A stretch of 64,000 bases of DNA from an uncultured delta proteobacterium (GTDB lineage Bacteria > Desulfobacterota > Binatia > UBA9968). The notes beneath the pieces were generated by a model. The model searched no databases. It was not told where the DNA came from and was given only the letters and a program-made list of their open reading frames with translations. The stretch is from positions 928,001-992,000 of the forward strand of contig CAVSHR010000005.1 in NCBI GenBank assembly GCA_963727625.1, written 5' to 3'. A program made the translations under genes and the position numbers. Positions 30,001 through 39,200 of this stretch are shown here, piece after piece. Each line of letters starts with the position of its first letter. Position 1 is the first letter of the stretch.

Positions 30001-30033
30001 TCCTGCTACCTGCTTATTCCGATGGTAGACCCC
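30001..30033 (-). mobile_element. Relic of a second IS110 left end
   Basis: tcctgctacctgcttattccgatggtagacccc versus tcctgctacctgctaaattcctatggtagacccc at 29901-29934. Confidence 0.7.
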
Positions 30034-30434
30034 TTAAATCTTGTTCGGTATGTCCATAAAAATTTTCCAGTGCCAGCAAATACGAGACCGATGCCGACGC
30101 AGGAAAAAAAGTAACCACTTAAAAGTCTACTAGCATAAAAGTCACTGAACCCCACCTTCAGTAAAATCGGGATACCCATAGATAACATGCAAACTGTCAA
30201 CAACGAGTAATAATCAATAAACCTGTCGATATACTTGGCTAAGAAATTCGACGGATTAGGATTCTTGTGGAGAAGGAAAATCCCCGTCAATACGCCTCCA
30301 ACAAAGCCAAAAGCAATGATGATGTACACCGTTAAATGCGGAAGTGAGTCAACGTCAAATGGGTTTCGTATAACATTAGAACCCACAGTCAGCCCTATAA
30401 TTAATCCCAATACAATTCCATTTACGTATTTCAT
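30006..30434 (-). CDS. Multi-TM membrane protein, possible orphan immunity protein
   Basis: About 4 hydrophobic segments, AT-rich, downstream of the RHS gene and its first immunity candidate. Confidence 0.6.
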   Translation of the reverse strand: MKYVNGIVLGLIIGLTVGSNVIRNPFDVDSLPHLTVYIIIAFGFVGGVLTGIFLLHKNPNPSNFLAKYIDRFIDYYSLLTVCMLSMGIPILLKVGFSDFYASRLLSGYFFSCVGIGLVFAGTGKFLWTYRTRFKGSTIGISR

Positions 30435-30615
30435 TGTCCGCTTGAAAATTTACACCTGAAAGATGCCGTCAAAAACAACGCCTGTAGGTGTAAGAGTTTG
30501 AACGTCCGTTCTTTGTGTAATTTGGACTTTCGTTTCCAAGGGCTACTTCCCATTTGATAAATAATACGAAAAGTTGTGCGAGCAACTAACAGCTGTACCG
30601 CTTTCACAGGTCCAC

Positions 30616-30882
30616 CTAATGGGGAGCAATCCTTAGTGCTATTTCACGAAATACGAAAAAAGACAGTACCAGAACGCCTAAAGTTATCCACGAGACATTC
30701 CGCCAAAAGATTCCTCGTTCAGTCAGATACCTTCTCCCAAAATATTGAATCGCCAGTGGATTGCCGAAGATGGCGGCATCAAATAGTTTGACGCCGGGCT
30801 TTCGATTCATGAGCATGGCCACTTGTGCAACCACGAATAGTATAAAACCGCAAAATCCGAAGAGAGATAAAATCAATCCCAT
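30616..30882 (-). CDS. 2-TM membrane protein, putative cognate immunity protein
   Basis: ATG 16 bp after the RHS stop; MGLILSLFGFCGFILFVVAQV...YLTERG..WRNVSWITLGVLVLSFFVF. Confidence 0.65.
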   Translation of the reverse strand: MGLILSLFGFCGFILFVVAQVAMLMNRKPGVKLFDAAIFGNPLAIQYFGRRYLTERGIFWRNVSWITLGVLVLSFFVFREIALRIAPH

Positions 30883-30898
30883 AAGCAACCCCGATGTA

Positions 30899-33800
30899 TC
30901 AACAGCGACATTTTTCCTTGGGGGGTGGTGTGCAATTAACCGTACAATAAACTTCGGTATTGCTTTCAGTCCCCGAAGCACCAGGGGGAAATAAAGGCAG
31001 TCCAACGCCTAACGTAAAACCTTGTACCTTCCCCCCAACCGTAATTATAGTTAGGGAAGCACCCATCGATAAATTCCAATTCACACTCTTCCCGGCTAAA
31101 TCTCCCCATACGATTCCTCCAAAAACATCAATACCCACATTTAAGCCACCGACTTGCGTCTCGTTATCACAGCCGGGTGGAACCGGATGTCCCGCCCCGG
31201 ATTCAAAGTGACCGAACTCCCCGGTTGCAGGATCGACGTACCAACCCATGCTACGTTCGCCACCTCTATTGCCTACGACTCCACTATAACCGAAGCCAAA
31301 GGGTATTACCTTAAACAAACCCACAGGGTCAGTGTAAGTTAATGGATTATTGGTAACATAGGAATAAAAATTAACGTCTCCACCGTAATATGTCACCGGA
31401 TCTTCACTGATAAATCTCTGAAGTTCCGGGTGATAATACCTCGCCCGGTAGTAAAATAGTCCCGTCCCGTCGTTCTCTCTTCCGGTGTACTGGTACGAAC
31501 TGCTGTTAGAATTCCCTGTGAACGTCGCTTTCCCAAACGGCTCGTAGGTGTATTCGGTCTGCACGACACCCGAGTTATCTGTTACTGCGACAGGAGAGCC
31601 GAGAGCGTCGGTCAGAAAATTGCCCGTCACGCCCGCGACAACGTCCGTTCGGGTTAGAAACTCGTCGATGGCAAGGCCGGGCAAAATATTGGCGAGGATC
31701 GTCGCGCCGGACGTTTCCTGCACCAGATTCAGTCTGTCGTAAAGGAACTCTGTCAGATTCCCGTTGATCGTCTTGCTCTCCCTTTTCCCCAATCCATCGT
31801 AAACAAAACTCGCGCTCACTCCCGGCCCGCTGATGCCGATAAGCTGATTCCTCGCGTTCCACGTGTAGGTCGTCGTCCCGCCGGCGTCAGTGATCGTCTG
31901 AAGGTTACCGTTGTTGTCGTATGTGAGAGTCTTTTCGGCAAACGTCGTCTGATTATTGGCAGCGTTGTACGCGGTAGTGTTGACAGCCTGCGGTATTCCG
32001 GTGCGGGCAAACGAACCGCCAATCCGGGTTCGATTACCGTTTTTGTCATACTCATAAGTCAGATTTCCGAGCACGGTGATCCCATTCTGTTTATAAGTCA
32101 TACTCGTCAATCGCGAGGCTCCATCGTAGCCGTATTCTACCAAAACCCCGTTGGGGAGTGTAAGGCTCGTCCGCCGTCCGGCCGCGTCGTAGGTGTAACT
32201 CGCTATGGACGAGCCCTGCATGATCTGCGTAAGGCGGTTCACATTATCATAGGAGTAGGTGACGCTCGACTGTCCCGCCACGGTCATGCTGGCCCGCCGT
32301 CCTGCGGCATCGTAGGTGTAGCCGACCGATCCCTGCGGCGTGGTCTCGGAGGTCAATCGGTCCAAGCCGTCATACGTCCGGGTAATCATTCCGGCGACGG
32401 AGTCGTTTACCTGGAGCAGCCGGTTACCTTTGTCGTAGGTGAAAGTTGTCGTGGACGTGTCTTGATAGGTCACGCCCGTGCGACGATTGAGGGCGTCGTA
32501 GGTGTAGATCGTCGCCTGGCTCTTGCGGTCGGTAAACTGCGACACGTTCCCGTTGAGGTCGTACTGATAACCCTCGGTGCGAAGCAAGGGGTCTTTTCGC
32601 GTCGCAAGCCGGTCCATGTTGTCGTAGGTATAGATCGTCGGGTTTGAGCGTGCGTCGGTGACACTCAGCAGGTTGCCGTTGGGGTCGTAACTAAAATTCG
32701 TCTGCCCATTTATCGGATCGGTAATCTTGGTGAGTTTATTGAGGCCGTCATAGTCAAATATGGAGGCATTACCGCGCGGATCGGCCTGGCTAATGACTCG
32801 GCCAGCCGAATCAAGTAGCCCGTTCGTAACGTTGCCCAGGGGATCGGTAACCGACACGACATCTCCCAGGTCGTATCCAAGAGTCGTTGCCTGCCCGAGA
32901 GGGTTTTTTACAGTCACGGGCTGGCCGGTCTGATTGTTAACGAAGACCGTTGTTTCGCCGAGCGGGTTGCTCGCGCTAACTAAATTGCCTTCCAAATCAT
33001 AATTTAACGTCGTTGTGTGATTAAGTGGATCGGTGATGCTCGCCAACTGGTTGAAGTGGGGCTCATAGGTGAAAGTCGTCGTCACGGCATCCGGAGTGCC
33101 GTCGAGGCGTGTTACGCTCGTCGTATTCCCCAAAGAATCGTAAGTGTAGGAGGTGGTCCGATTGAGCGCATCGACTTGAGACAAGCGAAAATTGGTTCCG
33201 GACTCAAGGTTGTAAGTGATCGTTTGTTCTTCAGGCAAGCCCAGTGCGCGTGTGTCGGAGACAATCTGCCGGTCTGCATTGAAAGTGACACGTCTTACAT
33301 TGCTGCGCGGATCCGTCACGTCGGTTTGGGTAACGTTGCTTCCGTTCATCGTGTAGTCGAACTGATAGATACCGCCGTCGATCATTGTCTGTCGCGTGAC
33401 TTTCCCGGTAGTGTCATATTCGTTGGTAATGTAAACAGTGCCCCTCGCGTCCTTGACCGTCGTCATTCGGTTGAGCGTGTCGTAGGTGTATTCGTTCGTT
33501 TCGCCGTTGGGATCGGTGACGCGAAATAAACGTCCGCTCGCGTCGTATTCGTAGTCGACGGTCCGGCCGGCATTATCCCGGGCTTGGGTGACTCGATGGC
33601 TTCCGTCGTAGGTAAACTCAATCCAACGACTACCCGGGCTGGTGATCCGAATAATGTCACCGGAGCCGGCCCGTTCAATGGTGGTTACGTTTCCATTGCG
33701 GTCCGCAATGCTGAGAAGCGCCGCCTGGGTTTGGCGTTGCGTCAGTTCACTGTCGGGAAAGTAGTAGCGCATTCCATCCTTGCGCTTCAGTTCCCAAACG

Positions 33801-36178
33801 CCGACCCAGCGAATTGTCGATTTGTACCAAATCGACTGAGTCGCATCATGCTCAAACACCGCATCGCCATAACCCGTGCCGGGGGAAATGCGAGTGAAAT
33901 GGAAACCACCTCCGTCCGCCATGATAAGATCCACGTCAGTGTAGAGATGACCGATAATATACATGTCATAAGGGTGGCTCGTGCCGAGCCCAAAGGCGCG
34001 GCTCACCGTGTCACCCGGCCGGTAGGTACGGGTTAAGGTAATTGGCATTACACTGTCGGCAACTTGGAGATCGGTCTTTTTATAGACGAACAGTCCGGTG
34101 GCCGCGTCGACAGGATCACCGACTGCGCAGTTCAAATCAGAAGGGCAGGACGGCGGTCCGCATAGATAGCCGCACCCTCCTTGGTACATGCCGCCGGTAA
34201 ACTCGTAGATCGAAATCCCATCGTCGGGAATGACCTGCTTGCCGTCTTCAAGGACCGTTCCCTGGCCGTACACGTACCAGCCGCGATATTCTTCTGGGTC
34301 GTAATGCCAAAAGGCAAAGCGCGTACCGGGAAGTTGCTTATAGCCATTGGGGTAGTAGATTCGCGCACCGATGCCGCCGGGGTTGCGGATATAAGCGCCG
34401 CCGGGCTGTGCGGTGAAATAGACCGGGACATCCACCGCAGGCAATGGGAATGGGGTACGATCCGTAGGAATCGCTGTGAGGCTCACTTCATTCACCGGCT
34501 TCTGATCACGCCCGATGAGCTCGCCATTGGCCGGGAGACGAAGCTCCAGATCTTTGATCTTCGGCGTTGTAATGATGAACTCGCTGCTTGGCTTCTGGGG
34601 AATCGCCACAGCATGTTCCGTGTCGATCTTTGGCAGCCAGATCGTGAATGGAAGGACCAGCGTCTGCCCGTCTTTGATCTCCAAGCCATATTCGAATAAG
34701 CCATGATCTTCTTCAGAGCGAAGGACGGATGAATTATCGCTCACGCGCCGCCGGCCCTTGTGCCCATCGATAATCAATTCGCCCCAACCGGCACCGATGT
34801 CCGCCAGCAAGAATCTCCCTGTCTCATCGGTCGTTGCGCTCTTTGATTTCCCCCCATATTCGCTCTCGACTTCCATCTCGACGTTTGCCAGCGGCAAGCC
34901 ATGGAGGTCCAAAACCTGACCGGCCAGAGCGGTCACACCGGCTGGAGCTTGCAGCGCCGGCAAATCCTGCCAATCCGAATGCGGCTTGCCGTCCTTGAGT
35001 TTGCCTTTCCATGCTAAGCCATCGTCGGTGTCTGCATCTGATGAACTCGACGGCTGGATTGAAATCTGGGAAGTGGCTGAAGACGAATTGCTCGAATCCA
35101 ACGGGGAATTTCCGCCTCCGGCTACGGATTTCGTTGAAAAACTAATGCCCGATACTGGCAAAGACAGTCCGTCCCTATCGACCGCACCGTTAACCGATAC
35201 GGTATAAGTCGACCCAAGGAGCAAAGGCGACTCGGGCGTAATAAACGCCAGAGATCCGTTCTCTGCGGGAACCACAGAGATTCTTTCGAGCCCTTTGGGA
35301 CCGCTTAAGGAGACCGTGTTCGGGTTGACTGTTTCCGCACGTAGTGGCTTGGAGAAGCGCAGAGACACCAGGCTCTCTATGTCGACATCGACAGAACGAT
35401 CGAGGGGGATCGAAGCGACTAATGAGGGAGCGTCCGTCGATGACGCTATAAGATCGGCCGGAAATGTCGGTTCGAGCGTAAAACGCTGGGTCGAGGGATC
35501 GTACAACTCGCCGTTATTGAGTGCATTCCCTGCTCCGTCGGCACCGCCCCAAAGCAGGACCCGTCCATCCGAGAGTAAAGTAGCGCTGTGGTCACGCCTC
35601 GGAGTTAACGTGGCGGGTAAAGAGACAGCAGATGGATCGACGGCGTCCCAAAGCTCCGCAGCGTCGAGCGCCTGGCCGTTACTTCCGACTCCTCCTGTGA
35701 TCAAGACGTGACCATCGGAGAGTAAAGTGGCGGTATGATGTGCTCGCGGGGTAACTCCAGCTGATGGCAAGATGGAGAACGTCTGTGTGGCAGGATCGAA
35801 AAGTTCCGCAGTCGAAACGACTTGCTTACCGTTGCCGAGCCCTCCCAGAATGAGAACCAGGCCATCGGGCAACATCGTGGCTGTATGCCAAGCACGGCCT
35901 TGAATCATCGTCGCGGGAAGCGTTGTGAGAGTGTTTGTCGTAGGGTTCCAGATGGACGCCGCCTTCATTCCCCCCGCAGGGCTCTCGCCGCCCAACAAGA
36001 GCAGCGTGCCGTCTGAAAGCTTTGCTGCCGTTTGGCCGGGATTCAGATTGGGCGATGCCGGTAAAGATTGAGAGCTCAGTGATATGGGCAAAACCGCGCT
36101 TGCAACACAGATAGCGCATACCCATATAATCGGTGCCAATTTGCATTGCTTTTTGAAGTTTAAAAACAATTTCTTCAT
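30899..36178 (-). CDS. Secreted RHS/YD-repeat polymorphic toxin with Kelch, Ig-like and carboxypeptidase-regulatory-like N-terminal domains
   Basis: Signal-like N-terminus; R..HTAT.L.DG.VL..GG Kelch repeats; FSKPL Ig domain; GDPVD.ATG; many YD repeats; YYRARYYHPELQRFISEDP...NNPLTYTDPVGL core. Confidence 0.92.
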   Translation of the reverse strand: MKKLFLNFKKQCKLAPIIWVCAICVASAVLPISLSSQSLPASPNLNPGQTAAKLSDGTLLLLGGESPAGGMKAASIWNPTTNTLTTLPATMIQGRAWHTATMLPDGLVLILGGLGNGKQVVSTAELFDPATQTFSILPSAGVTPRAHHTATLLSDGHVLITGGVGSNGQALDAAELWDAVDPSAVSLPATLTPRRDHSATLLSDGRVLLWGGADGAGNALNNGELYDPSTQRFTLEPTFPADLIASSTDAPSLVASIPLDRSVDVDIESLVSLRFSKPLRAETVNPNTVSLSGPKGLERISVVPAENGSLAFITPESPLLLGSTYTVSVNGAVDRDGLSLPVSGISFSTKSVAGGGNSPLDSSNSSSATSQISIQPSSSSDADTDDGLAWKGKLKDGKPHSDWQDLPALQAPAGVTALAGQVLDLHGLPLANVEMEVESEYGGKSKSATTDETGRFLLADIGAGWGELIIDGHKGRRRVSDNSSVLRSEEDHGLFEYGLEIKDGQTLVLPFTIWLPKIDTEHAVAIPQKPSSEFIITTPKIKDLELRLPANGELIGRDQKPVNEVSLTAIPTDRTPFPLPAVDVPVYFTAQPGGAYIRNPGGIGARIYYPNGYKQLPGTRFAFWHYDPEEYRGWYVYGQGTVLEDGKQVIPDDGISIYEFTGGMYQGGCGYLCGPPSCPSDLNCAVGDPVDAATGLFVYKKTDLQVADSVMPITLTRTYRPGDTVSRAFGLGTSHPYDMYIIGHLYTDVDLIMADGGGFHFTRISPGTGYGDAVFEHDATQSIWYKSTIRWVGVWELKRKDGMRYYFPDSELTQRQTQAALLSIADRNGNVTTIERAGSGDIIRITSPGSRWIEFTYDGSHRVTQARDNAGRTVDYEYDASGRLFRVTDPNGETNEYTYDTLNRMTTVKDARGTVYITNEYDTTGKVTRQTMIDGGIYQFDYTMNGSNVTQTDVTDPRSNVRRVTFNADRQIVSDTRALGLPEEQTITYNLESGTNFRLSQVDALNRTTSYTYDSLGNTTSVTRLDGTPDAVTTTFTYEPHFNQLASITDPLNHTTTLNYDLEGNLVSASNPLGETTVFVNNQTGQPVTVKNPLGQATTLGYDLGDVVSVTDPLGNVTNGLLDSAGRVISQADPRGNASIFDYDGLNKLTKITDPINGQTNFSYDPNGNLLSVTDARSNPTIYTYDNMDRLATRKDPLLRTEGYQYDLNGNVSQFTDRKSQATIYTYDALNRRTGVTYQDTSTTTFTYDKGNRLLQVNDSVAGMITRTYDGLDRLTSETTPQGSVGYTYDAAGRRASMTVAGQSSVTYSYDNVNRLTQIMQGSSIASYTYDAAGRRTSLTLPNGVLVEYGYDGASRLTSMTYKQNGITVLGNLTYEYDKNGNRTRIGGSFARTGIPQAVNTTAYNAANNQTTFAEKTLTYDNNGNLQTITDAGGTTTYTWNARNQLIGISGPGVSASFVYDGLGKRESKTINGNLTEFLYDRLNLVQETSGATILANILPGLAIDEFLTRTDVVAGVTGNFLTDALGSPVAVTDNSGVVQTEYTYEPFGKATFTGNSNSSSYQYTGRENDGTGLFYYRARYYHPELQRFISEDPVTYYGGDVNFYSYVTNNPLTYTDPVGLFKVIPFGFGYSGVVGNRGGERSMGWYVDPATGEFGHFESGAGHPVPPGCDNETQVGGLNVGIDVFGGIVWGDLAGKSVNWNLSMGASLTIITVGGKVQGFTLGVGLPLFPPGASGTESNTEVYCTVNCTPPPKEKCRC

Positions 36179-36238
36179 TTCAAACCTCGATTGCTTTCAC
36201 AGTCGGCTAACTCTTCCGGCGATCAGTTGTAAATCACA

Positions 36239-39200
36239 TTATGGAACGACAGTACTCCCTCCGGCTTGGGTGCCATCGGAAAACGTCACGACGATGTAAA
36301 AAACCGTGCCGGAATTAAAGTGGGTGTTATTGTAATCGGATCCAAAGACAGAAAAGCTCCCGCCACTTGCCAACGTGAAGTTAACCATACCGAGCGAATC
36401 GTTATAGAACGGGGCATCGAAGTTACTTGCTGCGCCAAGAACCCAAAAGGTGTCCGGTACGGTGTTCCAGTAACCGTACACGCTGTTACGTAGCTCAAGC
36501 GATGTGACAGTTCGTTGCCCGGAACCCGCTGGTGAACTCACCGTAAATGTGCCGTCCAAAGCGCCGTCCGGGTTCAACGCGGCGGGACCTGTATAAGAGT
36601 CACCTTGGCCTACACGGTCACGGATTTTGCCGTTATAGGTGAGTGTTAGAAATGGCCACGAAACCAACCTCAAAGTCACTTGGCCAAGTCCATCGACGCC
36701 GGGATCGACCATCAAGGTATAGGTTCCGTCTGTCGGCAACGGATATCCCCCCAAAGAAAACTGCGCGCTGCAAGACCCTCCCTGCGGCCCTAAGACTGCA
36801 TTTGACGGGCTTAGTATGGTTAGGCTTATCCCACAGGAGAAACCTTGGTCGGGGAATGTCGAGTTAGAGCCTTCTATGTTGATTAATTGTCCGGACGTTG
36901 CGGTAAACGTTAGAAGCGCTCTTTGACCCGGCGTGGTTATATTCACGGTTACGGGCGGGCCGTCCACCGTAATAGCTTCGGTTACGTCCACTACAGTGTA
37001 GAGTGTTGTTGTTACTTGGCCTGTGGAGGGACCCGAACCATCAACCCGTAGCGAGTAGGTTCCAGTTTCAGATAATGTCACGGGTTCGAGAAATTGTTGA
37101 CCGTTGCAAAAGTTGATTGAACCCAACGACGAATTGTCCGGCGCGCGAATGGATACCGACCCCGTGCCGCAGCCAAAAGTAGAGTTCAATGCGTGCAGAC
37201 TGACTATCTGATTTTGAGTGCCGGCAAAGCTGCGAATTATCTTTTGCCCCGGTACGGCTAGGTTAGCGAATACCGGTATGCCGTCGGCGGAAATTGACCC
37301 TTGGTCATCCGGTGGGACATTGTATAATCCAATGGTTGCTCTTCCAGTTCCTCCGCCTTGCGGATCGAGGAGGAGGGTATAGGTTCCCGAAACCGGGAGC
37401 TCTAGTGGTTCAATAAAAATTCCAGTGCCATTGGCCCAGGTTCCGCTAACGAGTGTCTGACCGTCGGGTTTGTAGATATAGACATAAGCCGCTTGGCACC
37501 ACGGACAGGCCATGGGTAAATTTGCGCCTGTAATATTCAAAGAGATCCTTTGCCCGGCTGTGCCGGTGAATGTCCACCAGGGATTCTGTCCGGGTATGGG
37601 CACACTCACTATTATGGGCGAATCCATCGCAATTGTCCCTTTGTCTTCTCCGCTAATATGACTCAAAGTGAGATTTGCCTGCCCGGTGCCGTCGCCGGGA
37701 TTGACCAAAACCGGATCGAACAAAATGGAGTAAGTCCCCGACATGGGAAGAGTTGGGGGCTCAAAATAGTGAGAACTCGAATTTGCCCAACTAGTGGTTA
37801 CCCATGAACTCCCATCTGGGCGGTAAAAGGTAAGAACAACATTTGAGCACCACGGGCAAGGAAAAGGATAGGTAGAGTTTGATACGCCCAAACTGACCCG
37901 GTGTCCCGCTATCCCGTCAAACACGAGCAAACCCTTTTTACCAGAGGTATTGAGGATCACGTTAAGAGGCGTCGCTTCGGCCAGGCGCCCAGTAAATTCG
38001 ATATGAGTGGCGGTTAAAGGCGATGGTGGTATGAAGAAATCTGCGTTACTCGTACCCTTGCCCCAGGCGGTAGTGACAGAAATTTGCCCAGAGCCCGTGC
38101 CGGTCGGAACTGTGGTAGAAAGTGAAGTGGGGCTGGCTGAGCTGATTGAGCCATGACTGATATTAAAGCGCAGATCATTTTTGCTGGGACTGTTATCAAA
38201 ATTATTTCCGGTAACTGTCACAGGCGTACCGACGGCACCAATGACCGGCGAGAATCCCGAAAGCGTAGGTGTCCCGCCCGACGACGAAGTGATAACCGTA
38301 AACAAATCGGCGCTTGTCGATGATCCTGACGGAGTCGTAATGCCGATAGGTCCCGTCGTTGCGCCGGAGGGAACCTCGGCGACAATCTGGGTTGGCGCGG
38401 ACGAGAGCACGGTCGCAGCTATCCCATTAAAGGTTACGCTATTCTGGGCCGGGGTTGCGCTAAAGCCTGTTCCCAAAATGGTGACTGCTGTACCTTCCGC
38501 GCCACTTTTCGGTGCAAATTCAATGAGCGAACCTTGTGAAGACGGGTATCGGGATATTCCAAGAAGATTTCCAACTGCGTCGTACGCATAGGTTGCCGTC
38601 TGCCCCGAGACATCGATAACTGCCTTTAGCCGTGAAAGCGGATCGTAGACATAGACAATCCGCTCTTGGCTCAGGCTAAAGTTGGCCGTTGCTGTAGAAC
38701 CTAAGAGCACCTCGACGCCGCTTTGAGTCTGCGCCAAAAAGCCAGGAGCCGATGTACGAATGTCAAAAATGCCGGTCGGTACATTCGGAATCGAATAGAC
38801 CCCATCTGCCGCCGAGACTCCGGAGCTCTTTACGATCCCTGATTGTAAAGCTTCGACTGTGGCACCCTCAATCGGTGCGCCGCCGCTTGCATTCAATATC
38901 GTTCCAGTGACCCCTCCCAATGGGGTTGTAATATCGAAGGGTGCGCTCGTAATGGTTTGGAAGCCGGAGGATGAAGCTCTGAGCGTATATGTGCCCAATG
39001 CATCGATTCTGAGATCGGAAAACGTCGCAACACCGGCTGATGCATTCTTTGTTTTTGTACCGTAAAGAGCCCCGTAATTTGGGCTGTTAATTTCTACCGT
39101 TATCGGCGAAGCGGAAGAAGTCACTATATTCCCAAAATTATCTTTGAATGCGATTGCGGGTGGCCCGACTATTGTTGCGCCGGCTTGTGAAGTTCCGGGC

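Noticed and set aside
29763-30059. 98-aa plus-strand ORF
   Set aside because: Crosses the IS110 boundary and the structured non-coding end; better explained as the antisense of the bridge RNA region
30899-36178. RHS protein as a T6SS effector or Tc toxin C subunit
   Set aside because: No PAAR/VgrG or TcA/TcB features; it has a signal-like N-terminus and Kelch/Ig domains instead
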